Positions 24,390 to 37,745 of a stretch of 64,000 nt of DNA are shown piece by piece. Source of the DNA: Octopus sinensis. Its lineage: Eukaryota. The DNA lies in assembly GCF_006345805.1 (NCBI RefSeq), contig NC_043002.1:88722001-88786000 (forward strand), given 5' to 3'. The translations under genes were made by a program, and so were the position numbers. Under the pieces are notes generated by a model that was not told the origin of the DNA, made no database searches, and saw only the letters and a program-made list of their open reading frames with translations. The first letter of the stretch is position 1. Every line of letters starts with the position of its first letter.

Positions 24390-24806
24390 GGAAATATTAA
24401 ATTTCTAAATGTCTCAAAGAGACATGAGCGGTGGTGGAGCGATAGAGTGGTTGTATACTGTCAACTTAACGTGACAGTCCTGTATGGGAATTACACCACT
24501 GCTATTTAACCCTAGGAAGCATCGAACACTTCCTGTCGGCTTTGACACATTTTCTGCATCCTTATATTTGTGAAGGGGAGGCAAGCACCCCTACCAGCCA
24601 AGATTCACACCTGAGGACATGCATGTTTCTGGGTCTTAACCCGTCATCAGCCCAGGATAGTGAGATCTGCTGATTGAGGTGCCTGTCCACCCTTCACAAA
24701 TATATATATTTACAGTGAAATCTATTCACTGGTTACCGTAATCAGAAATATTAAATTTCTAATCCTGGGCTGATGACAGGTTAAGTTGACAGTATACAAC
24801 CACTCT
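24390..24806 (-). mobile_element. Retrozyme-like or PLE-dependent non-autonomous element, ~354-bp monomer plus inverted tail
   Basis: 12-bp TSD AATATTAAATTT at 24378-24389 and 24807-24818. GAAATATTAAATTTCTAA at 24391 and 24745. Contains an HHR and no ORF. Homologous to 63475-64000. Confidence 0.75.
24610..24656 (-). ncRNA. Type I hammerhead ribozyme, canonical core
   Basis: On the minus strand: cctggg-CTGATGA-cgggttaagaccca-GAAAC-atgcat-GTC-ctcagg. Stem I 6 bp, stem II GGG/CCC, stem III palindrome ACATGCATGT, triplet GUC. Confidence 0.85.
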
Positions 24807-24869
24807 AATATTAAATTTATTTCACCATTTTTCAAGATTTTCTGTGCTTCTTATAAATAACCCTTTCTA

Positions 24870-25310
24870 CTAAAGGCACAAGGCCTGAAATTTTAGAGGA
24901 GGGGACTAGTCGATTACATTGACCCCAGTGTTTCATTGGTACTTAATTTATCGACCCCAAAAGGATGAAAGGTAAAGTCAACCTTAGCAGAATTTGGACT
25001 CAGAATGTAACAAACAGGCAAAATACCGCAAAGCATTTCATCCAGCATGCTAATGATTCTGCCAGCTTGCCACCTTGTGTCTTATAAATAATAATATATT
25101 TACAGTCATAAGGTGACAAGCTAGCACACTGAGCAAAATGCTTAATGGCAGATCATCCATCTTTAACATTCTGAGTTCAAATTCCACCAAGGTCGACTAA
25201 GCCTTTCATCATTGCAGGGTTGATAAAATAAGTGCCAGTTAGGTACGGGGGTCAATGTACCGACTTAATCCCTTCCTCAAAATTGCTGGCCTTGTGCCAA
25301 AATTTTAAAT
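24870..25310. mobile_element. Two diverged SINE A-related copies, head to head
   Basis: Minus copy ~24870-25075 and plus copy ~25110-25310 share the A body with a different tail (AAATTTCAGGCCTTGTGCCT). Confidence 0.6.
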
Positions 25311-25588
25311 CAACATAAGTCCTGGGATCAATTTGCTCGACTAAAGGTGGTGCTCCAGTATGGCCGCAGTCAAAAGACTAAAACAAGTAAAAGAATAAAA
25401 GAATAAAAGAAATGCCTTTTGGTTTTAAATTGCAACTAGCTACTTTAATAATTTATAATTATCACTTTACCATTGTACTGAATCAGCAAATGATTTGGAC
25501 AGTATTTTCTACAAACTGGCAAGGTCAGTTACCTTTAACCCTAGGCACTGTAGTAACGTCACCAATGAGGATTAACTTGATCTGAAAT

Positions 25589-26003
25589 CACAGGAGTGGC
25601 TGTGTGGTAAGTAGCTTGCTAAACAACCACATGGTTCCGGGTTCAGTCCCACTGCGTGGCATCTTGGGCAAGTGTCTTCTGCTATAGCCCTGGGTCGACC
25701 AATGCCTTGTGAGTGGATTTGGTAGACAGAAACTGATAGAAGCCTGTCGTATATATGTATATATATATATGTATGTGTGTGTGTTTGTGTGTCTGTGTTT
25801 GTCCCCCTAGCATTGCTTGACAACCGATGCTGGTGTGTTTACGTCCCCCGTTACTTAGTGGTTCGGCAAAAGAGACTGATAGAATAAGTACTGGGCTTAC
25901 AAAGAATAAGTCCCGGGGTCGATTTGCTCGACTAAAGGCGGTGCTCCAGCATGGCCGCAGTCAAATGACTGAAACAAGTAAAAGAGTAAAAAGAGTAAAG
26001 AGT
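25589..26003 (+). mobile_element. SINE family B, full length
   Basis: Head, body and (AAAGAGT)n tail present. Confidence 0.9.
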
Positions 26004-26207
26004 ATATGACGCCCTTGCTTGCTTAGGGAGCTTGTCTCCTTTGTGAGTCAATAGATAAGTGTTTTTGTAACTAAGAGTTGTTTTAACTCTTATTTCTAGC
26101 AACGATGGTGCTTACTTGCACCCTTAGTTACTTTTAGGGACATATATGATTGTGCCTTTTGGTTTTAAATTGTGAGTAGCCACTTTAATAATTTATATAT
26201 ACATACA

Positions 26208-26252
<45 letters not shown>

Positions 26253-26778
26253 CATACATATATATATATATATATACACATATCATACTTATATATATAC
26301 ATACATATAGATGTATACATGCTTCATGTGTTTGCAGGTAGACTGTGACTACTTAGCTTGGTGGAGAATACTCTCCCAAAGCACCAGGTGTTAAAATTCC
26401 TGAAAGTCATGGACAGGTAAGGTAACTCTCCTTTAATCCCATCCAGGAGTGATGGATATCAATGACTCATTATTTTTGTGACTTATCAGCATTACATACC
26501 CAAACAGGATCAGAGAGGAATGATATCACAAGTCCACAACTTATATGCTTATAGTGTGCAAAATATGTGTGTGTGTGTGTGTACATGTATGTATGCATAT
26601 ATGCATATTCAATTTTTGATAATTTGGGAATGATATAAAGTTGTTCTGACCCATTGGAATGTTCCATCATTATACCTTTCAACTTATTTCTCCTTTCACC
26701 TCGGTATCACCTGAGCACTTCAAGCGGCAGTCCTAGTTTTATTTTTGCACTTCGGTCTAATGAAGTTATAAAATTATC

Positions 26779-26823
<45 letters not shown>

Positions 26824-26829
26824 CACTGT

Positions 26830-27233
26830 CACCGTGATATCATCGTGACCGACTAGGCTATCAGATGTTGCTACACATCGCTGGGAGTAAGTCTGAGTAT
26901 GACGAAGACCACGAGTGTGTGTGTCCGTGTGTTATCGACGAGGCACAAAGCGGCGATTTCACTTTCAAGAGTTCTCGGTCGAGTGCACGAGTGCGCCGAG
27001 TTATGTGCGGCCGGTTGATTGCCGGGGAGTAAGTGAGCAGGCCAACAGAAGAAAGAGTGAGAGAAAGTTGTGGCGAAAGAGTACAGCAGGGATCGCCACC
27101 ACCCCCTGCAGGAGCCTCATAGAGCTTTAGATGTTTTTGCTCAATAAACACTCATAACGCCTGGTCTGGGAATCGAAACCGCGATGCTACGACTGCAAGT
27201 CCACTGCCCTAACCACTGGGCCATTGCGCCTCC
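26830..27233 (-). mobile_element. SINE family C' (tRNA-like head, tail ...GATAGCCTAGTCGGTCACGATGA)
   Basis: Related to 53052-53363, 34660-35014 and the fragment at 46930-47050. Confidence 0.75.
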
Positions 27234-27270
27234 CATATATATATATAATGTAGTAATAATAATATTAATA

Positions 27271-27326
<56 letters not shown>

Positions 27327-28704
27327 GTATGTATGTTTGTATGTATATATGTATGTGCATATGTATGTATATATATGTATATGCGTATGTATGTATGTAT
27401 TCATGCATGCATAGCCATCACTCACACTGGTGCTTGACTAAGCAGCTTGTACCATATTTTCTCTAACTGCCGTAGGTGCGAGTGTAGTCACTTACAAACA
27501 CATTTTCTCACCATATGAAAGTCTAACAGGTTCTGTGTGATTAAAATGTTTATCTTTATCATTTTATCATGATGTAATTATTTCAGGGTTTTTTTCTATT
27601 TTCTTTATTTTTTTCTATTAATAAATTTTATTGTTTTCTATAATGATATTTTTATTTAATTCTAATTTTCTCTGCTCTGTCTTGCAGTTTTAAATACCAC
27701 CTGGCTTTCATCTTCTTGAAGACATCTGAAAAACTTCATTCTGTCATTAGTATTTGTCTCAGTTAGGTAAACTTGTTGCTAAAACTTTCAATAGAATTTA
27801 ATGCTACTTTCTCCTCTTCTCATCATCATCGTCTTCCTCCTAATAACCATCACCATCATCATCAGTGTCATCATTATCTCACCATCATTATCATCATGAG
27901 CATCAGCATCAAGACCGTCATAGCCATCACCATCATCGGCATCATCATGATCATCACTATCATCATCATTATTGTCGTCATCATAAGCCATCGTCATCAT
28001 CATCATTATTGTTATACCATCGTTATCATCTCTGTTAGAGTAATCATCATCATCATCATCATCATCATTATTTTACATTGACTTTCTGTGCTGACATGGT
28101 TGGACAGGTCGTTATAGTCCAAGTTGATTCTTATCAAGAGTTACTGCCCAAATAGACTGGTTAGAGGGCTAAGTCTTGCTCAAGCACTTCACCCTAGGCT
28201 TGGTTTCTATGGTTGCTTACTCTTTCTTATCACCAACCAATTTACAAGAAGTATTAGCCACTTTTTATTGTGATTCCAGCACTAAGGAAGTTGTCAAGGC
28301 TGCAACAATGCTAAGAAAGACCTCTTGACCCTACACCATTCCTATTTACCTACCAACCATTTTACAGAATGTACTGGGTGCATTTTTATCATTCATGATA
28401 TCAACATAAGTAAGGTTGCCATGTATTCTGTAAGACAACTAGCCTAATCATAAACACGACATTCTAAGTCTGATTTATTAGATTACTCCACCTCTGCCAG
28501 CTTCTTCTACAAACACACAATGTGTGCAACTTACAATATATTAATTCATTAATACAATTGATTATATATATATAATATTGTGTATGTTTTATCTTGTTTC
28601 TTCACATGCATCATTTCCAGTCTGTGGGGGCCACATTCTTTTCAATTAGCGTTGCCTTTGCACATGTTTTATCTTAACTCTGTCATGTAGCCAAAAGACC
28701 TCCT

Positions 28705-28766
<62 letters not shown>

Positions 28767-28778
28767 TATATATATATA

Positions 28779-30128
28779 TGATGGCAGTCCACTCGTGACC
28801 GAGGAAGACCATTGCCGACCTTCAGGAACATTGTGCACTCTAGGACTAACTTATATTTTGCATTTGCGGCTCCGTTGGTGGCTAATTAGCCCTGCTCTTG
28901 ACAAGCATACACGACTGCAAACATTGCAGACCAAGCTTTCCCCATTCACTATACGAGCCATGCGCTTTCGCACAGCTCGCTTAAGTTCTTCATACTGGAT
29001 ATGTGCTCTCTCAAAAGTGTCGATCCCCTCCTTAACCTGCTTTCTCCATCTGTGGCGATGACAGGCATTGTTCTCCCAGTCAGTGTCCTGTATATCAAAA
29101 GCCTTTAACAAGGACTTGACACAGTCCTTAAATCGTAGCCTTGGTTTCTGCTGGAGTCTCCTTCCATTCACAAGTTCTCCATAGAGCATCTGCTTAGGAA
29201 TCCTTCTATCCTCCATTCTAATAAGGTGTCCAGTCCAATGCAACTGGTGCCTGTGTACCATCGCCTCAATACTCAAGATATCAGCTGTCCTCAGGATCTG
29301 TGTGTCTGGAATTTTTGAGGTCCAGCCAACAATGAGAATGTGTATGAGACATCTCTGATGAAAACGTTCAAGGACCCTTACCTGACCTTTGTACAGAGTC
29401 CATGTCTCACATGAGTAGAGAAGCGATGTCAGTACACAAGCACGGTACACAGCAACTTTTGTTCTCCTTGCGATGCCATGTTGGGACCAGACACGAGACT
29501 AAAGAGACCGGAAGGAATTAGTTGCTCTCTGCAACCTGAAAGATATTTCTTCATCCAGGGAGCAAGAACGGCTGAGTGTGCTGCCCAGGTAGACAAACTT
29601 GTCTACTACCTTCAGAATTGTTCCTTCAACCAAGATAGCTGGTTCTATATATGGATTTCCTGGTGCAGGCTGGAACATTACCACAGTCTTGTCCAGGCTA
29701 ATGCTGAGTCCAAATGCCCTGCAAGAAGCAGAAATGCAATTCATGAGTATTTGCATGTCATCCACTGTATGAGTGACTAAGTCACAGTCATCTGCATAAA
29801 GGAGGTCACAAATAATAGACTGGGAAACCTTTGAATTGGCAGCAAATCGGTGAAGATTAAAGAGGCGGCCAGAAGATCAATATCTGACATATATTCCCAG
29901 AGAGCTAACCTTAGCAAAAGCATGAGTAAAAGCAGCAGCAAAGTACAAAGAAAAGAGAGTTGGGGCAAGGATGTCACCCTGCTTGACACCATTCTCTACA
30001 GGAATGGGTCCCACCATGGCACCACCAACATTGACCCAAGCCTCCATCCCATCATGAAATGATTTAATTATAGATACAAAATGATCCGGACATCCAAGTT
30101 TGCCAAGTATTTTCCATAGAAAGGCCCT
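28779..30128 (-). mobile_element. 5'-truncated RTE-clade LINE (RT domain to 3' end), frameshifted
   Basis: [16 protein letters not shown]; YADD at 29787-29798; VDKFVYLGSTLS; LTSLLYSCETW; RIPKQMLYGEL..GRR.QQKPRLRFKD; C-terminal CNVCSRVCLSRAGLISHQR. (TA)n on both sides. Confidence 0.92.
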
Positions 30129-30223
<95 letters not shown>

Positions 30224-30367
30224 GTATGTATATACGTATTGGGGCAGCGCCTATCTTTATCCATCCAACCCGTGCTAGCGCGGAAAACGGACGTTAAACG
30301 ATGATGATGATGATGTATATGTATATATATATATGTATGTATATATATGTATATATATGTATATACA

Positions 30368-30406
<39 letters not shown>

Positions 30407-31092
30407 TATATATGTGCTTGTTTCATTTATTATGTTTTTTTCCCTGTCTTTGATTTTTTTTTTTATATTTTATTGCTGTTCTCCTTGTAGCTCATCTTTT
30501 CTGTTGTTCAGTCTAGAGATCCTGTCTTTGTGTGTGTGTGTGTGTGTGTGTATGTGTGTGTGTGTGTGCAAATGTCTTTTTTTTCTGGTACTTGTCTCAT
30601 TCTGTCCTTCATGTTCACTCATCACAATACTATTGATAAGGTACTGAAATTGTGATGACTTTTGGTTGATAACTGAAGAGAGGTGAGCACATCTATGTCC
30701 TTAATTTTTTCCCCTGTTTTCTATACAGTCTTTCATCATCCTCATAGGCCACATTTTGTGTATATTTTACATCAGTATTGCATGAAAGCTCTTGCCTACT
30801 TCCCCATTACTCCCCAATAAGTAACTGGAAAGCTTTTAATATGAAATTTATCTTTTATTTTTTTACTTATTTCAGTTATTTGACTGCAGCCATGCTGGAT
30901 GACTGCCTTCAAGTACTTTAGTTGTATAAATCAACAACTGAGACTTCTTTTCTTAAGCATGGTAGTTATTCTATTGATCTCGTTTGTCAAACCATAATGT
31001 TACGGAGATGTAAACAAACTAACACTGCTTCTCAAGCAGTGATGGGGGCACAAACAAAACACAAAGAGACACATACACAGATTTATACATAC

Positions 31093-31139
<47 letters not shown>

Positions 31140-31176
31140 ATACATACATACATACATACATACATACATACATACA

Positions 31177-31204
<28 letters not shown>

Positions 31205-31208
<4 letters not shown>

Positions 31209-31423
31209 AGGGGGATGACCACTAAGTGGACATCCATTATGCTAGAGGCAGATCCCATATGGTCTGACCACTAAGAAAAGATTGTTCTCAAGAAAATTCA
31301 GCAAATGCCAGAATGTCTGGTGTTTGCTGAATTTTCTTGAGAACAATCTTTTCTTAATGGTCAGAACATATGGGATCTACCTCTATCATAATGGATGTCC
31401 ACTTAGTGGTTATCTCTCTTATA
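31205..31423. mobile_element. Fully palindromic TA-flanked MITE (Tc1/mariner-like)
   Basis: ~105-bp arms fold back around CCAGA-ATG-TCTGG with scattered mismatches. Confidence 0.8.
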
Positions 31424-31529
31424 TGTATGTATATAATTTTTTTAAATCTTCAGATTTTTCAATATGCTAGGGCACTGGTTTTAAATTGATATTAATCAAA
31501 TTAATATTCAGTTTTTCACCCTTATTATT

Positions 31530-31570
<41 letters not shown>

Positions 31571-32744
31571 AAGCTTCTTTCAATTTCCATCAACCAGATC
31601 CATACACAAGGTTTTGGTAAGCCTAACGCTATAGCAGAAGACACTTGACCAAGGTGCCATACAGTGGGACTGAATGCAGAACCATTTGGTTGGGAAGCAA
31701 GCTTCTTACCACACAGCCATTTACTTATAATTTATATTAGAATAATGTTCTTCTACTAAAATTGATTTTCAGTCATTACAGGGGTTTTTTTTTTTTTTGC
31801 TTTTTTTTTTCACTTTTATTTTCTAAGCAAACAAAACCAGTTTTATTCCTGATCTTATCAGATTGTAAAGTTTGCCAATTAGTTTTCACAAGTTTGTCTT
31901 TAAGATAACTTAATCAATTGTACTACTAAACATTCCAGAAATTTAATTACCACTTTTGTTTCTGTTCTATAATTACAGTCAATACACACATCAAAGTAAC
32001 CATTGAGTTGTCCTCTAACCTAACCACTGATATTCTTAATTATAATAATAATATTTTTACTTGGAAACATGGATAGGATATAATTATTTTACCTCAAACA
32101 TGAAATTTTAACTACTAAAAATATATGACTAAAAGCAGGAAGGAATCAATGATGAACAGAGTTATTCTGGAATGCTGTAAGACAAATGTCAATATCAGGA
32201 AAGAATCAGTTAAACACTTGTACTTTGGTAGCTCTTAAATGATCGACCTGTGCATGATTTGAACTCAGAACAAAGTGGACTAAAATTGAATGCAGTAAAA
32301 AAAATGTTATTTTAGAAAGAAAAAACAAAGAAACTAGTCAAGGTGGAATTATTTACCAGTAAAGAAATGTTCCTCCATCAGTTTTGACAATGAGATTTCA
32401 ATGGTTTAAGCAACTCGATTACCTGCTCACTGAGTAAGCATATAAATAGCCATGCATTTAATAGGCATATTTATCCTTAATGTAATTCTTGGTCAGAATC
32501 AGTGTGACTCAGTGTAACAAGGCTGTGCCTTTTGAACTACTGATACAATCGATCTGATGGGCTTCTGTACAGTTTCCATCAACCAAGTTTCACTCACTAG
32601 GTATGGGCCCACCAGAAAGTGACATTCACACAAGACACTGTGCAGTGTGAACAGTCTCAGGATTAAGTAGTTTCCAAGTGAACTACTGAAATATTTTGCT
32701 ATACTGCATCTATATAAGCCAAAAAAATCGACTCAATTCATAAA

Positions 32745-32777
<33 letters not shown>

Positions 32778-33361
32778 TGTGTGTGTGTCTGTGTGTGAGT
32801 GTGCATGCATGTGTATATGAGTGTGCACACACATGCCATGAGGACTAACTCAAAATGAATGGCCTGAAAATGTATGAAAAGTAAACATGCCACAGTAACA
32901 AAGAATCTTGATTGTTCTTGAATAGTCACAAAGCCAATTCTGGCAAGGGAAGAAGAATATTACCACCACCACCACCACCACCATCACCACCATCACCATC
33001 ATCAACATCATAATTGTCATTGTCGTCATTATCATTGTCAGTTTCTACAGCTGCATGCCCTTCCTTACATCAGCCACTTCACAGCCGGAACTAAGTATTT
33101 TTTTTACATGGCAATAGAACTAGTGAGGTCACCAAATAACTAAAGTAGATGTTGCAGTAGTGAGGGAGGTGGCTTGATACCAGGTGATGAAAATATGATA
33201 GAGGGATAGAAACAGGCATCTTGCAATATAATCAAATGGAAAATCTTCAGTCTCTTTTTGTTACATATTCTATAAACTCTGGCTCTTTAACATTCAAATT
33301 ACTCTTTTACTTGTAATGTTTATATATTCACATTGTTTGCAATTAATCATGCATTTTCTAA

Positions 33362-33570
33362 TATATTTCTTTACTGCCCACAAGGGGCTAAACATAGAGG
33401 GGACAGACAAGGACAGAAAAAGGGATTAAGTCATTTACATCGACCCCAGTGCGTAACTGGTACTTCATTTATCGACCCCGAAAGGATGAAAGGCAAAGTC
33501 GACCTCAGCAGAATTTGAATTCAGAATGTAACGGCAGACGAAATACCGATGAGCATTTCGCTCGGCGTGG
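33362..33570 (-). mobile_element. SINE family A, 5'-truncated
   Basis: Body identical in structure to the other family A copies. Confidence 0.85.
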
Positions 33571-34659
33571 CTTCAAGGTTGTGATGATGTGATTGTTTAC
33601 TTTTAGAATGACATAGAAAGATAGCTATGAGAGCCCAGATCTAGCTGCTTTGAACTTAAAACAGAATATTTAGACCAGATATAGCCAGTGTAAATGCTAA
33701 AGGTCTAGAGTAATGAAAGTCAAAGTCGATACCATCTTGTAATCAGGATTTCTATAGAGAATGTGAAGGGGGAAAAAATTAGATATTTTAATATATCAAA
33801 TCCAACATTCTACTGCTTTGATCTTCTCTACTACTCTAGTAGATGTAATTATTGAGAAATCTATCAACAAATGAAGATTTTTATTTTAAATGATTGTTTT
33901 ATTTGTATATGTAATGATTTAAATAACAAACAATGCAGAAAAAACCAAACTACGTTATTGAATATATTTATATTTAGATATTCATTGTTCTTTTATATTT
34001 CTCTTTGAATTTTTATACAATGACAAGAAATTGAATAATGTTCAAGGTATTTCTTTGTTTTTTTTTATTCAATACCTGGACAAATGTATATAGAAATAAA
34101 TTCTTATGTAGATATGCAACATTGTCCAAACAACAAAGGAATAATAAAAATAAATACGATATGATATATATCTATCACAGCAGTTGTGATATCTACATGC
34201 AGACACCTCTAGCATATCAAAACTAATCTTCCTACATACATATAAATATATAAATCTACCTACTGTTTGTCTTTCATGAATATGCTATCTGCATGACAGA
34301 AGTAATCGATAATGTTTTACTATCCTCAATCATGGCACCATTTACAGATTAGAAACCAGAAGTCCAATATATTGTTGTTATGGTCTTTGAGTTTCAAATC
34401 TTTTCCAGCTACCATATAAAAAGAACAAAGAGAAATAGTATTTGTTACCTGGGATTAAGCAAGAAAGATCACAGAAATAATGCATGCTGCCATTGTTTCC
34501 ATCTGTAGGCACAAGCATGGTTGTGTGGTTAGGAAGCCTGTTTTGCAACCACTTTAGCAGTACTACCAATGTCAACAATATAGTGACATTATATGTGGTT
34601 TGCATAGTCCAGTATGTCATGAGCAATTTCCATATGGAGTTGCTTCTGCTGCTGCTGCT

Positions 34660-35014
34660 GTTGCTGTTGATCGGTTCGGTCCAAGTGGTCAGAAACGTGG
34701 TCCTTTGCTATTCATAAGACCCACAGAAGAGAAAGCAGGTCAACCCCTGACACTGAGAGCATCAACGGATGGATGAATGCGCATCCAGTCTCTGCGGTTG
34801 TGTAGGAAGTCGAGGACGAGAAACAGGAAGAAAGAGTGAGAGAAAATTGGGACGAAAGAGTACCACAGGGGTCGCCACCACCCCCTGTTGGAGCCTCGTG
34901 GAGCTTTAGGTGTTTTTGCTCAATAAACACACACAACACCTGGTCTGGGAATCGAAACCACGATCCTCCGACCGCGAGTCCGCTGCCCTAACCCCTGGGC
35001 CATTGCACCTCCAC
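34660..35014 (-). mobile_element. SINE family C-related, different tail
   Basis: tRNA-like head GTGGAGGTGCAATGGCCCAGGGGTTAGGGCAGCGG...GGTTTCGATTCCC on the minus strand. Confidence 0.75.
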
Positions 35015-35843
35015 CGCTTCTGCTGCTCTGCCAGCATCTTGGGTTTCACCAGACTCCAGTCTGATTTGGCATGGTTTCTATGGCTGGATGCCCTTTCTAA
35101 CACCAACCACTACAAGAGTGTAAAGAGTGCTTTTACGATTACTGAAATTATACATATCCAAGACAGATGCAAGCATATTCATCTGCTTAAAACGTTCATT
35201 GTGTAGCCATATAGTTTCATGTCCTGTCACACTTCAGGATCTCTGGGGAAAATGCCTTTATTGTAAGCTGAGGTTGATCAATGAGAGTGATATATATTAG
35301 TGTCTGTTTGAGTATACTGGTGTAGAACACTGAATCACATAGATCTCTTTACATCAAAAGCAACTAGACTATTCAGTTAATCATGGTATTAAACTAGGCA
35401 AAAGATTTAGTCTACCATCCACGGATTGAGTCTACCAGTAGATCATAGCAGGCTTTGAACTGAAAACACAAAGCACTGGCACAAATACCACAAGACATCC
35501 AATCTAATGTTCTTACAGTTACATGAATCCGAAACCCTGAACTGATATTTTTTATCAAACTGTGAAGGGAAGAAAAGCAGATTTGATTTTGACAGGATTT
35601 GAACTCAGAGCACCAAGTGTCAGAAAAAATACTCATGACATTTGTTAACATGAAATTTACTGTTGGTTTTCATGTGAAAGACATCTCTGAGAAATTAACA
35701 TAATTTTGTTTCTTCTTTTAAAAAAAATGCTAATTTTTCATGCCTACTCATATAAAATATATTTCTACTTAGTGATCTCTGATAACTATTTTGATAATTA
35801 AGATAAAGCTTATGAATCACTATGAAGAGCTGATAGTGTTTAA

Positions 35844-36158
35844 TCCTTTAGCATTTAAACCAACAAATCAGGCTCATATATTCTACCTGTTTTATATCCA
35901 AACTGGCCATACTCAGACTTTATCTAATTCACACTGTTTTGAATTAATCATGCATTATCTCATGGCTTTGATATTTCGATGATGTAATTGTTTATTTTTA
36001 GAATGATTTTGTAGGGTAAGTCTCATATTTACTCTAAAAAATCATTCTAAAAATAAACAATTATATCATCGAAATGTCAAAGCCATGTGATAATGCATGA
36101 TTAATTCAAAAGTGAATAAATAAGCAGTACATTTGACAGTAATTTCAATGCTAAAAAG
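35844..36158. mobile_element. piggyBac-like MITE with internal ~75-bp-arm hairpin
   Basis: TTAA at 35840-35843 and 36159-36162. Ends (T)CCTTTAGCATT / AATGCTAAAAAG. Inverted arms ~35937-36010 and ~36037-36111. Confidence 0.55.
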
Positions 36159-37068
36159 TTAAATGTGTCTGGAGTTAAAAGAATTAATTAATTGTAGTCA
36201 TTGTGCTAATGTTGTCTTCTTACCACATAATTACTTCTCATTACATTTTTTTATGTTCCTTTACACTAAATATATTAACACTAACTTTACAATTCATTGT
36301 TATATTCTACACTTTGATTTATTGTTTTAAACCTTTTACTGTAGAAATCAGATATATCCTCTCAAAATTTCATTACCCTTAACTGAGGAAAGCAGTATTA
36401 TTTACCAATTTATCTTTTGTTGAGAAATATCATGTTTGAAACTATTTTTTGTTGAAATATGTCAAGTTTATTGAAAATACCAATTCTGAAAATACCATTG
36501 CTGAAAATACCAATTCTAATTTTTGGTATATATTTAAGATTATTATTGAATTAACCATGAAATTTAATTTCACATTTAAAGGGTTAACCACAAATTTTGT
36601 GTTGACAGGGACTCCACAATAAATTTAATTCTTTTTTTGTAGTAGCAAATCCCCTTCCACCATTAGTAAATATCCCAGTTTTTCCTGAACTAGTTTTTAA
36701 ACACTAACCTTAAATTTAGCATTTTTGTTGTTTTAATATTTTTACATTTGGTTTAGATGTGAACATTTCATTAATATATAAAGATTTACAAAATCATTGA
36801 TGCAGTTACCATAGAACTAAACATCCTAGTAACTCCTGTAAATGTTTGTTCAAAGTATCAACTATTTAACTGCTTATCTAAATCTATTTCTCAGCATCAA
36901 CTGTCCAACACCTCAACCAAACTGAATGAAACAAAGGATTATAATTTAGCTGCATTTATGAGGGCCTGCCATCTAGCCAGATTGGTAAAGACTGATGTAG
37001 TATCATTGGAAAGACAGAGCTTGGAATCTATTGATGAGTAGCTTCCTACCAATGAGACTGGTGGGGTT

Positions 37069-37388
37069 GTGGAAGCACATGGCCTAGTGGTTAGAGCAGC
37101 GGACTCGTGGTCGAGGGATCGCGGGTTCGAATCTCAGACCGGGCGGTGTGTGTGTTTATGAGTGAAACACCTAAGATCCACGCGGCTCCGGCAGAAGGTA
37201 ATGGTGAACCTCTGCTGACTCTTTTGCCACAACTTTCTCTCACTCTTTCCTCCTGCATCTTGCAGCTCACCTGCGACAGACTGGCATCCCATCCAGGTGG
37301 GGAACCTATACCCCAAGACACCAGGAATCCAGCCCTTATGAGCCAGGCATGGCTCGAGAAGGAACAAACAAACAGCAACAACAACAAT
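37069..37388 (+). mobile_element. SINE family C
   Basis: Full head and (AAC)n tail. Confidence 0.9.
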
Positions 37389-37554
37389 GAGACTGGTGAC
37401 CTTTCTTTGGATATTATCTAGGATTTGATAACAGCAGTATAGTACTTGAGGTAGTAGTTACCTTTTGAAAATTAGCATAAATTATGTCAACAAATCAACA
37501 GCAAAAAAAAAAACATTTAAAAAGTACTTCAGTAGATTTAAAATTGATTTTATA

Positions 37555-37745
37555 AGCCTATAATTATCATTTTAGAAATCTAATCTATGATAATAATAAT
37601 TGTGGTCATCTATAATTATCATTTTGGAAACCTGTATTTATAATTTTGGAAGCCAATAATAATCATTTTGGGAGTCTATAAGTATCATTTTGGAGATTAA
37701 TAATTAATATTTTGGAGGACTATAATTAGTGTTTTGGGTCCTATC
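37555..37745. repeat. Degenerate ~20-bp tandem repeat (TAATTATCATTTTGGA..)
   Basis: About 8 diverged units seen directly. Confidence 0.55.

Noticed and set aside
32148-32240. Box C-like ATGATGA suggesting a snoRNA
   Set aside because: No box D (CTGA) at a suitable distance and no terminal stem.
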